A stretch of 64,000 nucleotides of DNA from Octopus vulgaris. Its lineage: Eukaryota. The translations under genes were made by a program, and so were the position numbers. The DNA is taken from positions 8,680,001-8,744,000 of the forward strand of contig OX597826.1 of assembly GCA_951406725.2 (NCBI GenBank), given 5' to 3'. Positions 1 through 12,190 of the stretch are shown in pieces (within the stretch, counting starts at the first letter, position 1; each line of letters opens with the position of its first letter). The notes under the pieces are model-generated. The model saw only the letters and a program-made list of their open reading frames with translations. It had not been told where the DNA came from and ran no database searches.

Positions 1-624
1 TCTGAGGTCGATAAAATAAAGTACTACTGAAGCAGCGGGTTCGATTTAATCGACAATGCTCCTCCCTCGAAAATTTTGTCCTGTACGTTTGTAAGATAAT
101 AAATACATAAATAATATAATGCAGGTTGCTGAGAAAGCCAATGGTTTCGTAATTAGCAGTTAATTATATATTCTTTGATGATCTTAAAAACTCAATTCAA
201 TGGCCACAATCTGCTACAGTCTCTTAACAAGCCAACACCTGAATCTCATTGTGGTCGTTCAACTTGACAGAAATAAATACCAGATTTACTTTCATGGTGT
301 ATGTTGTCCGTGGGTGAATGCTAGTCATGCAATAGAGAGAGAGGGGGGGGAGAGATAGAGAGGAAGAGAGAGAGAGACTTTCTCTTATCAATCATTTTCA
401 AATTATCTTTAGCCTAATACTTTCTTTTCTATTTACTTGTTTATTACATTCTTTGCAATACTATATCTTCACAAGTTAAGTTACATCAAAGAACATTCCT
501 TTTTTTCTAGCGCATGAATCATTACTTATCGTTTCTAGTTCTATCGCTCCTTCTCTATCTCACTTTCTCTCACTCTCTCCATTTCTCTCTCATACATACA
601 TGCATACCTACATACATATATATG

Positions 625-665
<41 letters not shown>

Positions 666-820
666 AGGTATGTTTGTATGTATATCCACATACATATATA
701 TATACATATATATGTATATGTCTGTGTGTAGTTATATAAATACACACATATGTATATACTAGAATTCATATAAATATACGTAACTATATATATTTGAATT
801 CATATATATATGTATATATA

Positions 821-853
<33 letters not shown>

Positions 854-2012
854 ATGTATGTATATGTGTGTGTGAGTGTGTGTGTGTATGTGTGTGTGTG
901 TGTCCATGTGTGTGTGTGTGCGTGTGTGTGTGTGTGTAAAAATGTTTGTATACATATATATGTATACATGTATACATATAGATTTATACATACCCGCACA
1001 CATTGAGAAAGAGAGAGAATGAGGCAGACACGTAACATTATATAAAACTAATTTCCGATAATTATTTTTTCAATTCATTTCCCTTTTTTCTTCTCGTTTT
1101 TTTTTTTTGTTTTTTTTTTATTTTAGTTGCTTCATATTTTTTACTTACGTTTTTCTTATCCTTTTCTTTTCTTTTTTTTCTTTCCCCAAAAGTTGCTACA
1201 CTATTGGAAATTGTATTAAAAAGCTGTCCAAGTGCTAAAGGGAGATATTCAATTTGAAAACCTATTGCGATAAATGTTCGATAAATTTCGGGTATAAGTT
1301 AGTGAAAAGTGTGACTTTTAACAGGAGTTACTTTACGTAAAATACTAATCATTGAAACCAGAATAAATGTGGTTTAGAAAACGATTAGTTTCATTGGTTG
1401 ATATGGTCGACTATTCTCACTCAACAAGATTTCTTCATCTCCTGACAACTAAAGAAAACAATTTATTTATTTCTTACCAGTTCTTCCTTTATTTTTTTAT
1501 GCGCAGAATTTTTGAAACGTTCCGATGCGGACCATTTTCGTAAGAAAAAATACATAAGTTACAATTTTTAAAAAAAAATCTATGTTAACTATTGAACGTC
1601 TTATAAAACCTGTTTTTTTTTTTTGTTGTTATAAATTAATTTTTTTTATATACAAGTAAGCAACAGTTTTTTTCCTCATAAATTTTCTACATCTTTAACT
1701 TTAAAACAAAGTTGTTTTTTTAATGTTAAATGTAATGTAAATTTACAGGTTTGTAACGTCTATGCAATGGAAAGTACATAAATTTAAATACATCTTGCTA
1801 TTCTCTCTGCACACAAACGAGCGAAGGGGATTGCTCCGATGGGTTTCATAACTAGTTGGCCGCTCTTCAGCTTTTTTCCTTAACTTTCCTTGAGAAATCT
1901 ATCAGTAAATGTTTTTATTCTCTTTTTTTTAATTCTCTCATCTCAGTTATATGACCAAATCAAAATGTCTGAGAACGATCGCAGTAGTGTGTTAGCAGTA
2001 AGGAGTAACGAA

Positions 2013-2375
2013 TCTCTCTTTATATATATATATATAAACCGCAAAATGGTTGTCTGTGTGAGTGTGTGTATCCTTTATACAAATCCACAATTCTATGGTC
2101 ATTCAAAACCGTCCAAGGGTGGTCGTGCACATCTTTACATTTCCCCAGTCACCCTGCAAAGCCATTAAAAAATCAATAGAAGTGACTTCTTTTTTGTGAA
2201 TTTTCTATCCAAAACCCAATCAAAATGCCCGAAACTTGATACGCCAATTGAATGCCAGCTAGCTGTATATGATTGGTCGGAGATTTGGACATTACTCGCG
2301 TGTATGTGCGCACGCACGCAGCTGTATATGCATGCACTAGCACTATGGCCCGGCAACGCCGGGTCATAGTGCTAG
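2013..2375 (+). mobile_element. Non-autonomous Helitron-like element, copy 1
   Basis: Begins TC after an A and ends CTAG before a T, with no TSD. 3' hairpin ACTAGCACTATGGCCCGGC-AAC-GCCGGGTCATAGTGCTAGT at 2336-2376. A second copy lies on the - strand at 33128-33895. Confidence 0.8.
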
Positions 2376-2774
2376 TCAAAGTTAAAACTCCACTGTATTT
2401 TAATTTTTTGAAATACTCTTGTACTTTTTATGGTTTTGTCAGGGGATGGGTCAGTACTCATGATCTTTTTGCAAGACTTTCAAGACTGGTATGAGTAAAG
2501 AAGAAGTTATCTGAAAACTGCAGACTTGAGGGGAATGCATTCGATAAGGTGGACATTGTTAAAAGCACCGAGGAGTCAGTCGGTGGTATTTTGGGGGGTA
2601 ACAGATAAATCCATAGATCGATCGATCGATCGATCCGACATGTTTCTAAACAGTTTCCGTCTAACAACTTTCACTCAGAGGTTACGAAAAAATACACCTG
2701 CCTATGATATGACGCAGTAGCATCGAACCTAAGTCTACGTATTGTAAAACGAATTTCATATCCATACAGCAAAA

Positions 2775-2992
2775 TAATCCTCTCAGCTATAGGAACAAGG
2801 CCTGAAATTTTGGGGGAAGGTGCTAGTCGATTACATCGACCCCAGTGTTTCACTGGTACTTAATTTATCGACCTTGAAAGGATAAAAGGCAAAGTCGGCC
2901 CCGGCAGACTTTGAACTCAGAATGTAGTGAAATGTGAAATGCTGCTAGGCATTTCGTCCAGCGTGCTAACGAATCTGCCAGCTCGCTGCCTT
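2775..2992 (-). mobile_element. SINE family B copy
   Basis: Reverse complement matches the head GGCAGCGAGCTGGCAGA...GAGTTCAAA and the body GACTTTGCCTTT..CCTTTC..GGTCGATAAATTAAGTACCAG seen in the other copies. Confidence 0.8.
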
Positions 2993-3499
2993 CATACTGC
3001 AAATTAATAGAGGCATGACAATTTTCTATCCAATTTTCCATAACTAATAAGTGTAGTTAGTTTATGGAAGACAAGTCGCCGATACAAGCAAGCATCCCAC
3101 ACTGTATTCCCTTGACAGGGTCCAAGCGAAATGAAAGGTTTAACACGGCTTGTCACCGATGAGATCGCAAGCGCTGCCGTCATAACCCATTGAGGCCAGA
3201 ACATATAAGATAAGGCAATCTCGTCCAGCTCTTTATAATTCCGTTAATCCACTGCCCCAAACGAATACCTGGGCAATGATACCTAACCACCGAGGGGATG
3301 AAGGGTGAAGTTGGCCTCGGCCTAGGTCTGAACTCAGAACGCAGAGAGCCAACACTATTTTATAATATTCAATAACCATTCGCAGAAAACTGCAGCAGAT
3401 CAGTACAGGAATCGATTATTAGTAACAAGAATGAGATCACTGGATAGATTCGTAGCAAAACATCGGTCAACGCTCGGATTCCCAGGCAAACATGACTGT

Positions 3500-3636
3500 A
3501 ATAGTAGTAGAAGTAGTAGAAGTAGTAGTTACAACAAATCGGTAACAGTGGTAATGGTGATAGTAGTAGTAATAGTAGTAGCAGCTGCAGCGGCGGCGGA
3601 GCTGGTGGTAACAAAAAATCGGAAGTGGTGGCGATG

Positions 3637-3679
<43 letters not shown>

Positions 3680-3758
3680 CAGCCGCAGCAACAGCAGCGG
3701 CGGCGACGGCGGCGGAGCTGGTGGTAACAAAAAATCGGAAGCAGTGGCGATGGTGGTG

Positions 3759-3825
<67 letters not shown>

Positions 3826-3920
3826 CGGCGGCAGCGATGGTGCTGGTGGTAAGAAAAAATCGGAAGCGGTCGCGATGGTGGTAGTAGTATTAGTAGTAGT
3901 AGTAGTATTAGTAGTAGTAT

Positions 3921-3971
<51 letters not shown>

Positions 3972-4240
3972 CAGCAGCAGCAGTAGTAGTAGTAGTAGTA
4001 CTAGTAGTAACAAAATCAAGTTGGTAGCGGAGGCGGGGGGTGGGGGTGGGGGTGACGGTAGTGACAGTACTGGTGGTGGTAGTGGTGGTAAAGTTGGTTG
4101 TACTAGAAGTGGCAACCACAACAACAACCACAATTACAGCAACTACAACAGCACCAACAGTTGTTGTTGTTGCTGCTGTTGGTGTTCTGGTTGTTATTGT
4201 TATTGTTGCTGCTGTTGTTGTTCTTGTTAATCTTGTATTG
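3500..4240. repeat. Compound trinucleotide array (TAG/TGG/CAG/TTG) with an embedded higher-order minisatellite unit
   Basis: The unit GCGGCGGAGCTGGTGGTAACAAAAAATCGGAAG recurs near 3590, 3710 and (diverged) 3830, separated by (TAG)n. Confidence 0.85.
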
Positions 4241-4700
4241 TAGCCCCGGGTCAGTGCTGATCCAGTAAACCAATGATCAACCTACTCAAGCTGTGATTAG
4301 TTTATCTTGTCGTCAGACATAGGTTATCAAGGACTACAATTTCTTATGTGTACTTTTTCTTTTTTCGTTCGGTCGGGTGCGATTTGTGGAGGAAGTTTAC
4401 TGCTATTTCTAGCAGGTCGAGTGACCACATACAGGTTCCCTCCTTGGCTATCTAGAATATAGTTCCTTTTGTTGCTGTTGATGTTCTTGATGTTGTTTAA
4501 CCACAAGTCAGTCCAAATTGAGCAGACCTATGATCAAAAGCACTCGGACCATGACCATCCCATCCGATCTTTTATATTTATTTGTGCATTTATTTATTCA
4601 TTTATTCGAGCACTTTGACTGTAGATAACATTAGCTAGTGTGAAACGAAGGCATATTTATTTGACTGCTATTTCTAGCGGGTTTAATGACCATATGAATG
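4241..4700 (+). repeat. Old interspersed repeat, two adjacent diverged copies
   Basis: Motifs CCCCGGGTCAG..CTGATC..ATGATCAA and CTGCTATTTCTAGCAGGTCGAGTGACCA recur here and near 6830, 12495, 30300, 37170-37415 and 58925, and reversed near 250 and 5535. Confidence 0.55.
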
Positions 4701-5119
4701 CTGCTGCATTGGCTCAACTGTAATCTAATACAATAAGAAACCAGAATGTGCGGCTGTAAACGGCTGAAACTACTGATTAATCGTTGCGTGTTTCGTTGGC
4801 TTGCAGAGTTTCTCAATTCGAATGGCTCCCACGAGAGTCGCTTAGAAAAAGAAAGAGCACTTCCGAGTTGATCACAACATAAAAACGGAAAACTTTTAAC
4901 AGTGGCTCTAAGACCTAATGGGTTATGGGATTAACAGACTGTGAGAAATATTTCTGCGCTGAGCTGAGATTGTTAAAAACCATGGCATATCAGATTTTGG
5001 AATAGAAATTTACAAGGCGAACTATTTACTTTTTTAATGTAATTTTAGCGCTGATGTATTCTGCACCACACTGTTGTGTTTAACAATATGCAGCAAGCAC
5101 CACATCGTTTTAGTACCGG

Positions 5120-5512
5120 CAATACGAGCTAGCGTAGCCTACATTACGAGGTTTCTACGTTGTCGTTCCGAGTTCAAATCCCGCCGAGGTCGACTTTGCC
5201 TTTCATCCTTTCGGGGTCGATAAATTTAAGTACCAGTTACGCACTGGGGTCGATGTAATCGATTTAATCCCTTTGTCTGTCCTTGTTTGTCCCCTTGGTG
5301 TTTGGTCCCTTGTGGATAGTAAAGAAATAAGAATCGTTAATACGCCGAGCATAACGCTTAACGTTCTGAGTTCAAATTCTACCGAGGTCGGCTTTGCATT
5401 TCACCCTTTCGGGGTCGATAAATTTAAGTACCAGTTACGCACTAGGGTCGATGTAATCGATTTAATCCCTTTGTCTGTCCTGTGTTTAGCCCCTTGTGGG
5501 TAGTAAAGAAAT
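5120..5512 (+). mobile_element. Two tandem SINE family B copies with the long tail variant
   Basis: Two repeats of GAGTTCAAAT..CCGAGGTCG.CTTTGC.TTTCA.CCTTTCGGGGTCGATAAATTTAAGTACCAG, each ending CCCTTGTGG.TAGTAAAGAAAT. Confidence 0.85.
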
Positions 5513-5717
5513 ATATACTTTGTCGCTGACTCAGCAGGAAATAGAGAAACGGCGGTTAAATTTCCCTCAAACCTGACGCTACTGTTAAAGAAGGTACAAC
5601 ATATAAGATAAATGTAATCTAGGATGGTCGAGTTTGGAAAGTCTTTACTCATAAGTCTGCAAGATTAAGAGTAAGCTGGGTTTAAACAATATCTTACATT
5701 GGTAGGATCTACTTAAG

Positions 5718-5895
5718 CATTTAGCTCTCTGCGGTGCATAGGTCATCGACGACTTACCTCCACTGTTCTACACTCTAGTTTATCGTATTTGCTTTTCTCC
5801 ATTTAAATCTCCACTTTTTCAGCTCTCTCTGCGGCCTCCTTTCAAAATTTGTTGCACTGCATCGCGTTTCCTTGCGAGAAGACCTTCCTCTCCTA
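5718..5895 (-). pseudogene. Decayed 3' end of an RTE-like LINE ORF
   Basis: The minus strand reads roughly RGRSSRKET..RELKKWRFKWRKA...EQWR*VVDDLCTAES*, resembling the C-terminus of RTE-clade ORFs (by recall). It contains internal stops. Confidence 0.4.
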
Positions 5896-7223
5896 AGTCT
5901 GACTGGTTTTAAATTGTCACCGATGCTTCTCTGTCTCTGCTTTATGTTTTCAAGCTAAAGATGTTCCCCGTACGTAAAATCATTCTCACCTCTAGGAAGT
6001 GATAATTTATATTAGTCTTCTTTCTATCCTTGGACCTGTCCAGCATGAGAAGCCCTACCGGGAGCTTGTACTCCAGTAGCATGGTTCTCAGGGTCATTGA
6101 GCCACACAAATCACCACACTGCAACAAGGACTGGACTTTATGAGAGGGGGGGGGGACATTGTAAAATGGAACGTTAATTCCTGATAGATTGATAAGAAGG
6201 ACGCCATTAAGACATACGGCGTGACATATGTATCAATGCCTTCGTACGTAAGATCGATCGATCGATCAGGACTAGCTGGGGTTAAAAAATTAATACCGTT
6301 TACGTTTTTGTTGTTGATGTTGGTGATGGGTCTTAACTCTGAACGGAGCCGTAGGTGCACCATCTTTTGGTCTCGGTGTGACGCGAACATTTAGAATCTA
6401 GCAGAGCTGATCCCCCTCCTCTAGGTCAGAATGCAACTTATTTCTTCCACAAAAACGTGAGAGTGAGAAAGAACAATCTACCCCTATATACTTTATATAT
6501 CGATCCCGAAACGCTGAAAGACAAAGCTCACCGTTGGGTGGTTTCAATTCAGAGTGCTGAGAGCCGGATCGAATGTTACGAGGTACTTTATCCGTTGCCG
6601 GAATGACTCTGCCATTTTGATAGTATCTCAAGCCGTCCTACCTTTAAAATTATCTTCCTCATTCCTTGTGTGGAAGATTTCGGTTGTATTCAGACTTGCT
6701 GTAAGAGAATGAGCTCTGATAGATTTTGAAACCCCAAGTCGCTCCAAGTGACAGCTTAGCGTCCCTACGACTCCGTCAAGAGTTAAGGTCCAGAATCAAC
6801 ATCAGCAATAACGTAAACGGTGTTGCTTGTTTAGCCCCAATGCAAACCTGATCGATCAGTCTTACAAACAAAAGCATCCAAGCCATAACCGTCCTGAATT
6901 TTTTCCAGCCTTGGAACACACAGGAATGCATTTAAACAATGCGTTTCCCCTCCTTTATCCACAGTATTCTTTTTTTTTTTCTTTTTTTTTGTTTCAGTCG
7001 AGCAAATCGACCCCAGGACTTATTCTTTGTAAGCCTAGTATACTTATTCTATCGGTTACTTTTGCCGAGCCGCTAAGTTACGGGGACGTAAACACACCAG
7101 CATCGGTTGCCAAGCGATGTCGAGGGGACAAACACAGACACACAACCACACACACACACACACACACAAGCACACATACACACACACACTCACACACAGA
7201 CACACAAACACACACATACACGC

Positions 7224-7270
<47 letters not shown>

Positions 7271-7272
<2 letters not shown>

Positions 7273-7655
7273 AAGTAAAAAAACGTGGTAGATCGAACTG
7301 TGCAACATGTCCTAACCTATTGGAAGGATCAGAATTCCTCTTTAAAGAGGGACAGAACTTCAAGATCAAATCTAACTTTACTTGTGCCTCTGAAAACATA
7401 ATTTATGTCATTAAATGCTCGGGCTGCCACCAAGACTACGTGGGTTCCACGGGACTATCACTCAGGCGTAGATGCACACTGCATCGACAACAGATTGCAT
7501 TCCCAGAATATAGAATGATACAATTTTTAATCTTCCCATTTTACCAATGTGCTTTCGGATCATCAACACAAATGAGACTGAACAAGGAAACATTCTTCAT
7601 TGAAAAGTACAAACCCAGACTCAACCATCCGAACATACTGAGACAGAGAAATTAA
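7271..7655 (+). pseudogene. Penelope-like element 3' ORF fragment: GIY-YIG endonuclease domain
   Basis: Translation [61 protein letters not shown] shows the Cys linker, the IY/YVG.T strands, R..H, the catalytic E and the terminal LN typical of PLE GIY-YIG domains. It is 5'-truncated. The N-terminus of the listed ORF is microsatellite. Confidence 0.85.
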
Positions 7656-7789
7656 CAAGGGAAAGGAAAAAAATTTTTAAGCGATTATCTCCCTTACACC
7701 GGAAGAAATCACTCACTACCTCCCCTTATTTAGAAATCTCGTGAAAATAAACACAACGATAACTCCATGCAATATAAACATAACGTCAC

Positions 7790-7829
7790 AAGAAATTTGA
7801 AAAGCTACACGCGAAACCGGTAATTTCTT
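7790..7829 (+). ncRNA. Minimal type I hammerhead ribozyme, U3-A8 variant
   Basis: AAGAAAT | TTGAAAA | GC-TACAC-GC | GAAA | CCGG | TA | ATTTCTT. Stem I is 7 bp and perfect, stem III is palindromic, and the motif lies ~135 nt after the GIY-YIG stop codon. Confidence 0.75.
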
Positions 7830-7997
7830 TAAAAATTTTAAAATTGTCATTTTAAGGAAAGGAAAAAAATTTTTCCAATATTCTCCAGACATTTTGACAC
7901 AAATATATATATTTTTTAACATTTAAGCCTTCTGTCGTTTTTTCACACTTTACTATTTTCTTATATATTCACCCACGTGCTTTACCAAACAAACTTT

Positions 7998-8048
<51 letters not shown>

Positions 8049-9513
8049 GACGGACTTCTTTCAGTTTCCGTCTACCAAATCCACAAGGCTTTGGTCAGCC
8101 CGAGGCTATGGTAGAAGACGCTTGCCCAAGGTGCCATACAGTGGGACTGAACCTGGAACCATGTGGCTGGTAAGCAAGCTACTTATCACACAGCCACTCC
8201 TGCGCATTTTAATTAATGAAGCACTACATATGTTTCAAAAATGACATTTGTTTACGTTTCCTACGTATATAAAATTACACAACCAATAGATGGCTAAAAC
8301 CTGTATCGTTTATTATTAGACATATTACCAAAGCAGCACCCTAGCTGATTCGTTAGAACTTTGGCAATATTTAGCGACATTTCTTCCGGTTTAGAATTTT
8401 CAGTTCAAATTCCGGCGAGATCGACGGAAATAGCAGTTGCAAACTGGAATCGATGTAATCGACTAGCTACCTCCAGAATTTCAGGCTTGGTACCTATCGT
8501 AGAAACAATTTTTCAATATATCAATCTTCTAAGGTGCGTGCCCATGGCCTATTGGTGACGGTTCGGTTCATGGTATCAAGATCGGGAATTCAATGCCATA
8601 ATCAAGTCACTTTGCTTCAAGCTGCTCCAATCTTCTCAACTGTAAATGCGTACCATCCAGTTGCTGGTTCATCCCTTTTCTCCCTTCAACTGTTGGGTCC
8701 ACGTTTCGGGGCCAAGAGGATGTTTCATAGGCAACTCTTTATATATAGAGAAAGACATATTTTATTCGCTTGACCATCGAAATTCTTTGACATGCTATTA
8801 TCGCCAAGAATATACGAAGAATTTAAACTCAAGATATTTCTCTTAATCTTTTATGAACTCATTTAATATTAAATTTCAGCTGTATGTAACACTGTTTCGT
8901 TTTATTGCTATAATGTACTACAGATCGCTGGTATAGATTTATTAGCCAACTCTGTCAAACCACGAATGTTAACAATGCAGCTATGCAATAAAGAGAACAG
9001 CTGTATTTGTCCACATCATTGTAAGCAACTGTGCATCCTCCTTAACTACATGGCTTATAAAGCCACGGATATCTAATACAGGTACACCATCGATATTCCG
9101 GCAACTGATGGTCAAGTACCTCTTTTAACCTGAATAAACTACGAAGAAGAACTTGAAAATCTGGTTCGCCGCCAGTCTCGTTCACTGTGTGAGCACAGGT
9201 GGCGTTACGTGTACCGTGTACTTTCTATGTTTGTTTACACCTTCCTTGGTGATACTAAAATATTTGAGACAGATTCTCTGCTTATTTAGCTGAAAGTGAC
9301 CTTCAGCTCTGGCTGACACAAGTGAGAGAACTGAGGACGACAGTGGTTGTGTCAAACATAAATACCAAACCACATCGGTTAAAAAGGAGACAGTGGTTTT
9401 TCGGTACGTAAGCTGTATTACATCTATCACATAGGAGATGAGTGATAGGTTGGTTAGATGTTGATGTATTATTATTATTATTATTATTGTTGTTGTTGTT
9501 GTTGTTGTTGTTA

Positions 9514-10065
9514 TTGAGTGAGAGAGTAATGCATGTCATCAAAGTGACACTGGGGTACAAATAAACGAAGCTCAATATTCTTATCATGACTACCAGTTTG
9601 ATAAGGGTGCACTAGGCACATGCATCACAACCATATGTGCGTGACATGGTGACCTTATATCAAAATAAACGCCGCATGACCTTGCAGGTGGACCCCAGTT
9701 AGAACTATCTTCACGTTGAGTAGCTCACCCCGCTCAAACAGTCCCTGAATGAGGGTTGTTTAAAGATGATGAACAAAACACCCATATTCCCAGAGGTGAA
9801 TTATTCAAACCCTCAAAAATTCCTCTCAACACATGGCTATGAAGCTCCCCTACTACTTCTGCTCGTGATCGGAGACGCATATATTGTCAGTCACTAAGGG
9901 ACATTGCTCAATTGGTTAAGGTCATGTAATTGACAAGCAAGTCTGTGATATTGAGCAGAATATTTGCCGTAACCCATCTTTTTACAGCAACACAAAACAT
10001 GTACATGATAACACATCCAATCAGTTAAGATGAGAAGTCATGAGAACCAGTGCCTGGTACTGCAT
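9514..10065. mobile_element. ~550-bp interspersed element between trinucleotide tracts, probably a UTR or derivative of the neighbouring R4/Dong-like LINE
   Basis: Flanked by (TAT/TTG)n and (CAT/TAT)n. Shares an exact 20-mer (9765-9784) with the edge of the LINE fragment (11493-11512), and its left end is recopied at ~10396-10449. Confidence 0.5.
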
Positions 10066-10237
10066 CATCATCATCATCATCATTATCATCATTATTATTA
10101 TTATTTTCATTAGCATCTTTCAATTCTGTTTCCATTTTTTACCGAGTGTCTTCGTGACACCTCAAGCAGAGAAACGTACTGTATACATTGGTAGGCCATT
10201 AAAACAAACACATCAGAGTATTTATTTGAGCGACCAA

Positions 10238-10545
10238 AACTTTGTGAGTGGATGTGGTAGACGGAAACTGAAAGAAACCCGTCGTATATGTGTGTGTGTG
10301 CGTGTGTGCGCGCGTGTGGGTGTGCGCGCGTGTGTGTGTTTGTTTTTATGTCTGTATTTGACCCCCCACCCAACATCGCTTGACAACCGATGCTGGTTGT
10401 TATTATTAAGTGAGAGAGTAATGCATGCCATCAAAGTGACACTGGGGTAAGGCTTACAAAGAATAAGTTCTGGGTCGATTTCCTAGACTGAAGGCGGTGC
10501 TCCAGCATGGCCGCAGTCAAATGACTGAAACAAATTACAGAAAAA
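10238..10545 (+). mobile_element. 5'-truncated SINE family A copy with an internal replacement
   Basis: TTGTGAGTGGAT.TGGTAGACGGAAACTGAAAGAA...(TG)n...CAACATCGCTTGACAACCGATGCTGG...GGCGGTGCTCCAGCATGGCCGCAGTCAAATGACTGAAACAA. Confidence 0.8.
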
Positions 10546-10589
10546 AAGAAAAGAAAAAGAAAATACAGGCGGAAAAGGAAAGAAAATCC

Positions 10590-11490
10590 CCAGCGACAAT
10601 GCTCTTCTGAATACGTATGACTATTCAGTTAAGCACTTTTGCACTTCCTGCCTGGATGGTAAACCTAGGATCATTCTTAAGTAATTTTCAGTTCCTTTTT
10701 TGACCATTCCAAGTGCTCCTACTATCATTGGTAAACTAACCGTCTTGAGATGCCACATCCTTCCGATTTCGATTAACAAATCTTTATATTGTCTGAGTTT
10801 ATCAAATTCTTTTGCCGAGATATTATGATCACGAGGTATGATCATGTCAATCAATAAACATACTTTATTGGTTTTGGTCTTTCACAACAATATCTGGTTT
10901 ATTTGCCTTGATGGTTCGGTCTGTACTTACTGGAAAGTCCCAAAGAATCATTACGTTTTCTCCCTCACTTACAGCCTCAGGGTGTTGCTTCTACCATTTG
11001 TCAACAGTTTTGATTTGATAATGCTGACACATTAGATATTGGCCAACACTGCCATGTCTTGATTTGTACTCTACAGGTGCTAAAACTTTACATCGAGAGA
11101 TTAGGTGGTCGACTGTTTCTATCCCATCATTGCAGTATCAGCACTTTGGGTCTACACCATTTTTCATCACATTGGTTTGATAGTTCCGGGTCAATAAGCT
11201 TTGATCTCAGGCAGCCAAGATAAAGCCTTTACTCTGTACCTTTAGCCACTGATAGATCTGCTTCTGGTCTACATCAGCTTGTTTGCTACGGGCCACATAT
11301 TTGCCATGCAGAGGATTTTGTTCTCACCTATCAGCCAATCGTTCAAGCACATTTTGCTTTGCTATTGATTTCACGTTCTTTGCAACAACAGCTGCCGATC
11401 TTCCCTTGGGCATCATGCATAAACTCACTTGAAAACTTTTTGCTCTCCTTCATGACAGAATGAAGCTTCTTAGGTCTTTCATGGTTTTCA
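10590..11490 (-). pseudogene. R4/Dong-like (RLE-type) non-LTR retrotransposon C-terminal fragment
   Basis: The minus strand gives GFILAA*DQSLLTRNY..KC*YCNDGIETVDHLISRC..EYKSRH (CCHC knuckle), then IDMIIPRDHNISAKEFDKLRQYKDLLIEIGRMW..PMIVGALG (restriction-like endonuclease). It has stops and frameshifts and abuts (ATT)n at 11517-11580. Confidence 0.85.
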
Positions 11491-11514
11491 ACGATGATGA
11501 ACAAAACACCCAAG

Positions 11515-11582
<68 letters not shown>

Positions 11583-11584
11583 CA

Positions 11585-12190
11585 TAGGGAGCGGGTTAGC
11601 AGAATTGCTATCACGGCGTCCGTTTTTACGTTCTGAGTTCAAATACCACTCAGGTCGACTTTAGCTTTTATTCTTTGATCGGTCGATAAAATAAGTACCA
11701 GTTTCACACTGGTGTCAATGTAATCGACAATCCCATTCCCCCCAAATTCCAGGCCTTGTGCCTACTGTAGTGACGATCACTAAGGCGACAGGATAGCAGA
11801 ATGGTTAGCACGCTGGACGAAATGCTTTAGCGGCATTTCGTACGTCTTAACGTTCTGAGTTCAAATTCCACTGAGGTCGACTTTGCCGTTCATACTTTCG
11901 GGGTCGATAAAATAAATACTAATATTGGAGTCGATCTAACTTGCTTGCCTTGAGCCAAAATTTGAAACAATTATTACTGAGGCGGCGAGCTGACGACTGT
12001 TACCAGGCCGTTCAAAATGCTTAGCAACATTTCGTCCGTCCTTACGAACTGAATTCAAATTCTGAGAGGTCGACTTTGCCTTTTATTCTTTCAGAATTGA
12101 TGAAATAGATACCATTGAAGTACTGGAGTCGATGGAATCGACTGACCCCTCCTCCCGCAGAAATTCAGGTCGCGTACTTATTGTAGAAAG
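11585..12190 (+). mobile_element. Three head-to-tail SINE family B copies
   Basis: GTTCTGAGTTCAAAT...GGTCGACTTT(A)GC..TT.AT.CTTT...GATAAAATA repeats at ~11630, ~11852 and ~12050. Confidence 0.8.

Larger units (their letters stand above)
6991..8205 (-). mobile_element. SINE family A copy split by a Penelope insertion (3' half 6991-7270, 5' half ~8000-8205)
   Basis: Both halves match full-length copies such as 39525-39942. The interruption falls in the internal (CA)/(TA) microsatellite. Confidence 0.85.

Noticed and set aside
3590-3880. CRISPR-like repeat-spacer pattern
   Set aside because: The spacers are (TAG)n, the context is eukaryotic and there are no cas genes.
6642-6698. Possible 57-nt minus-strand host exon (CTTACAG ... 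AAG/GTAGG)
   Set aside because: Splice-like signals only. There is no recognisable protein and no partner exons.
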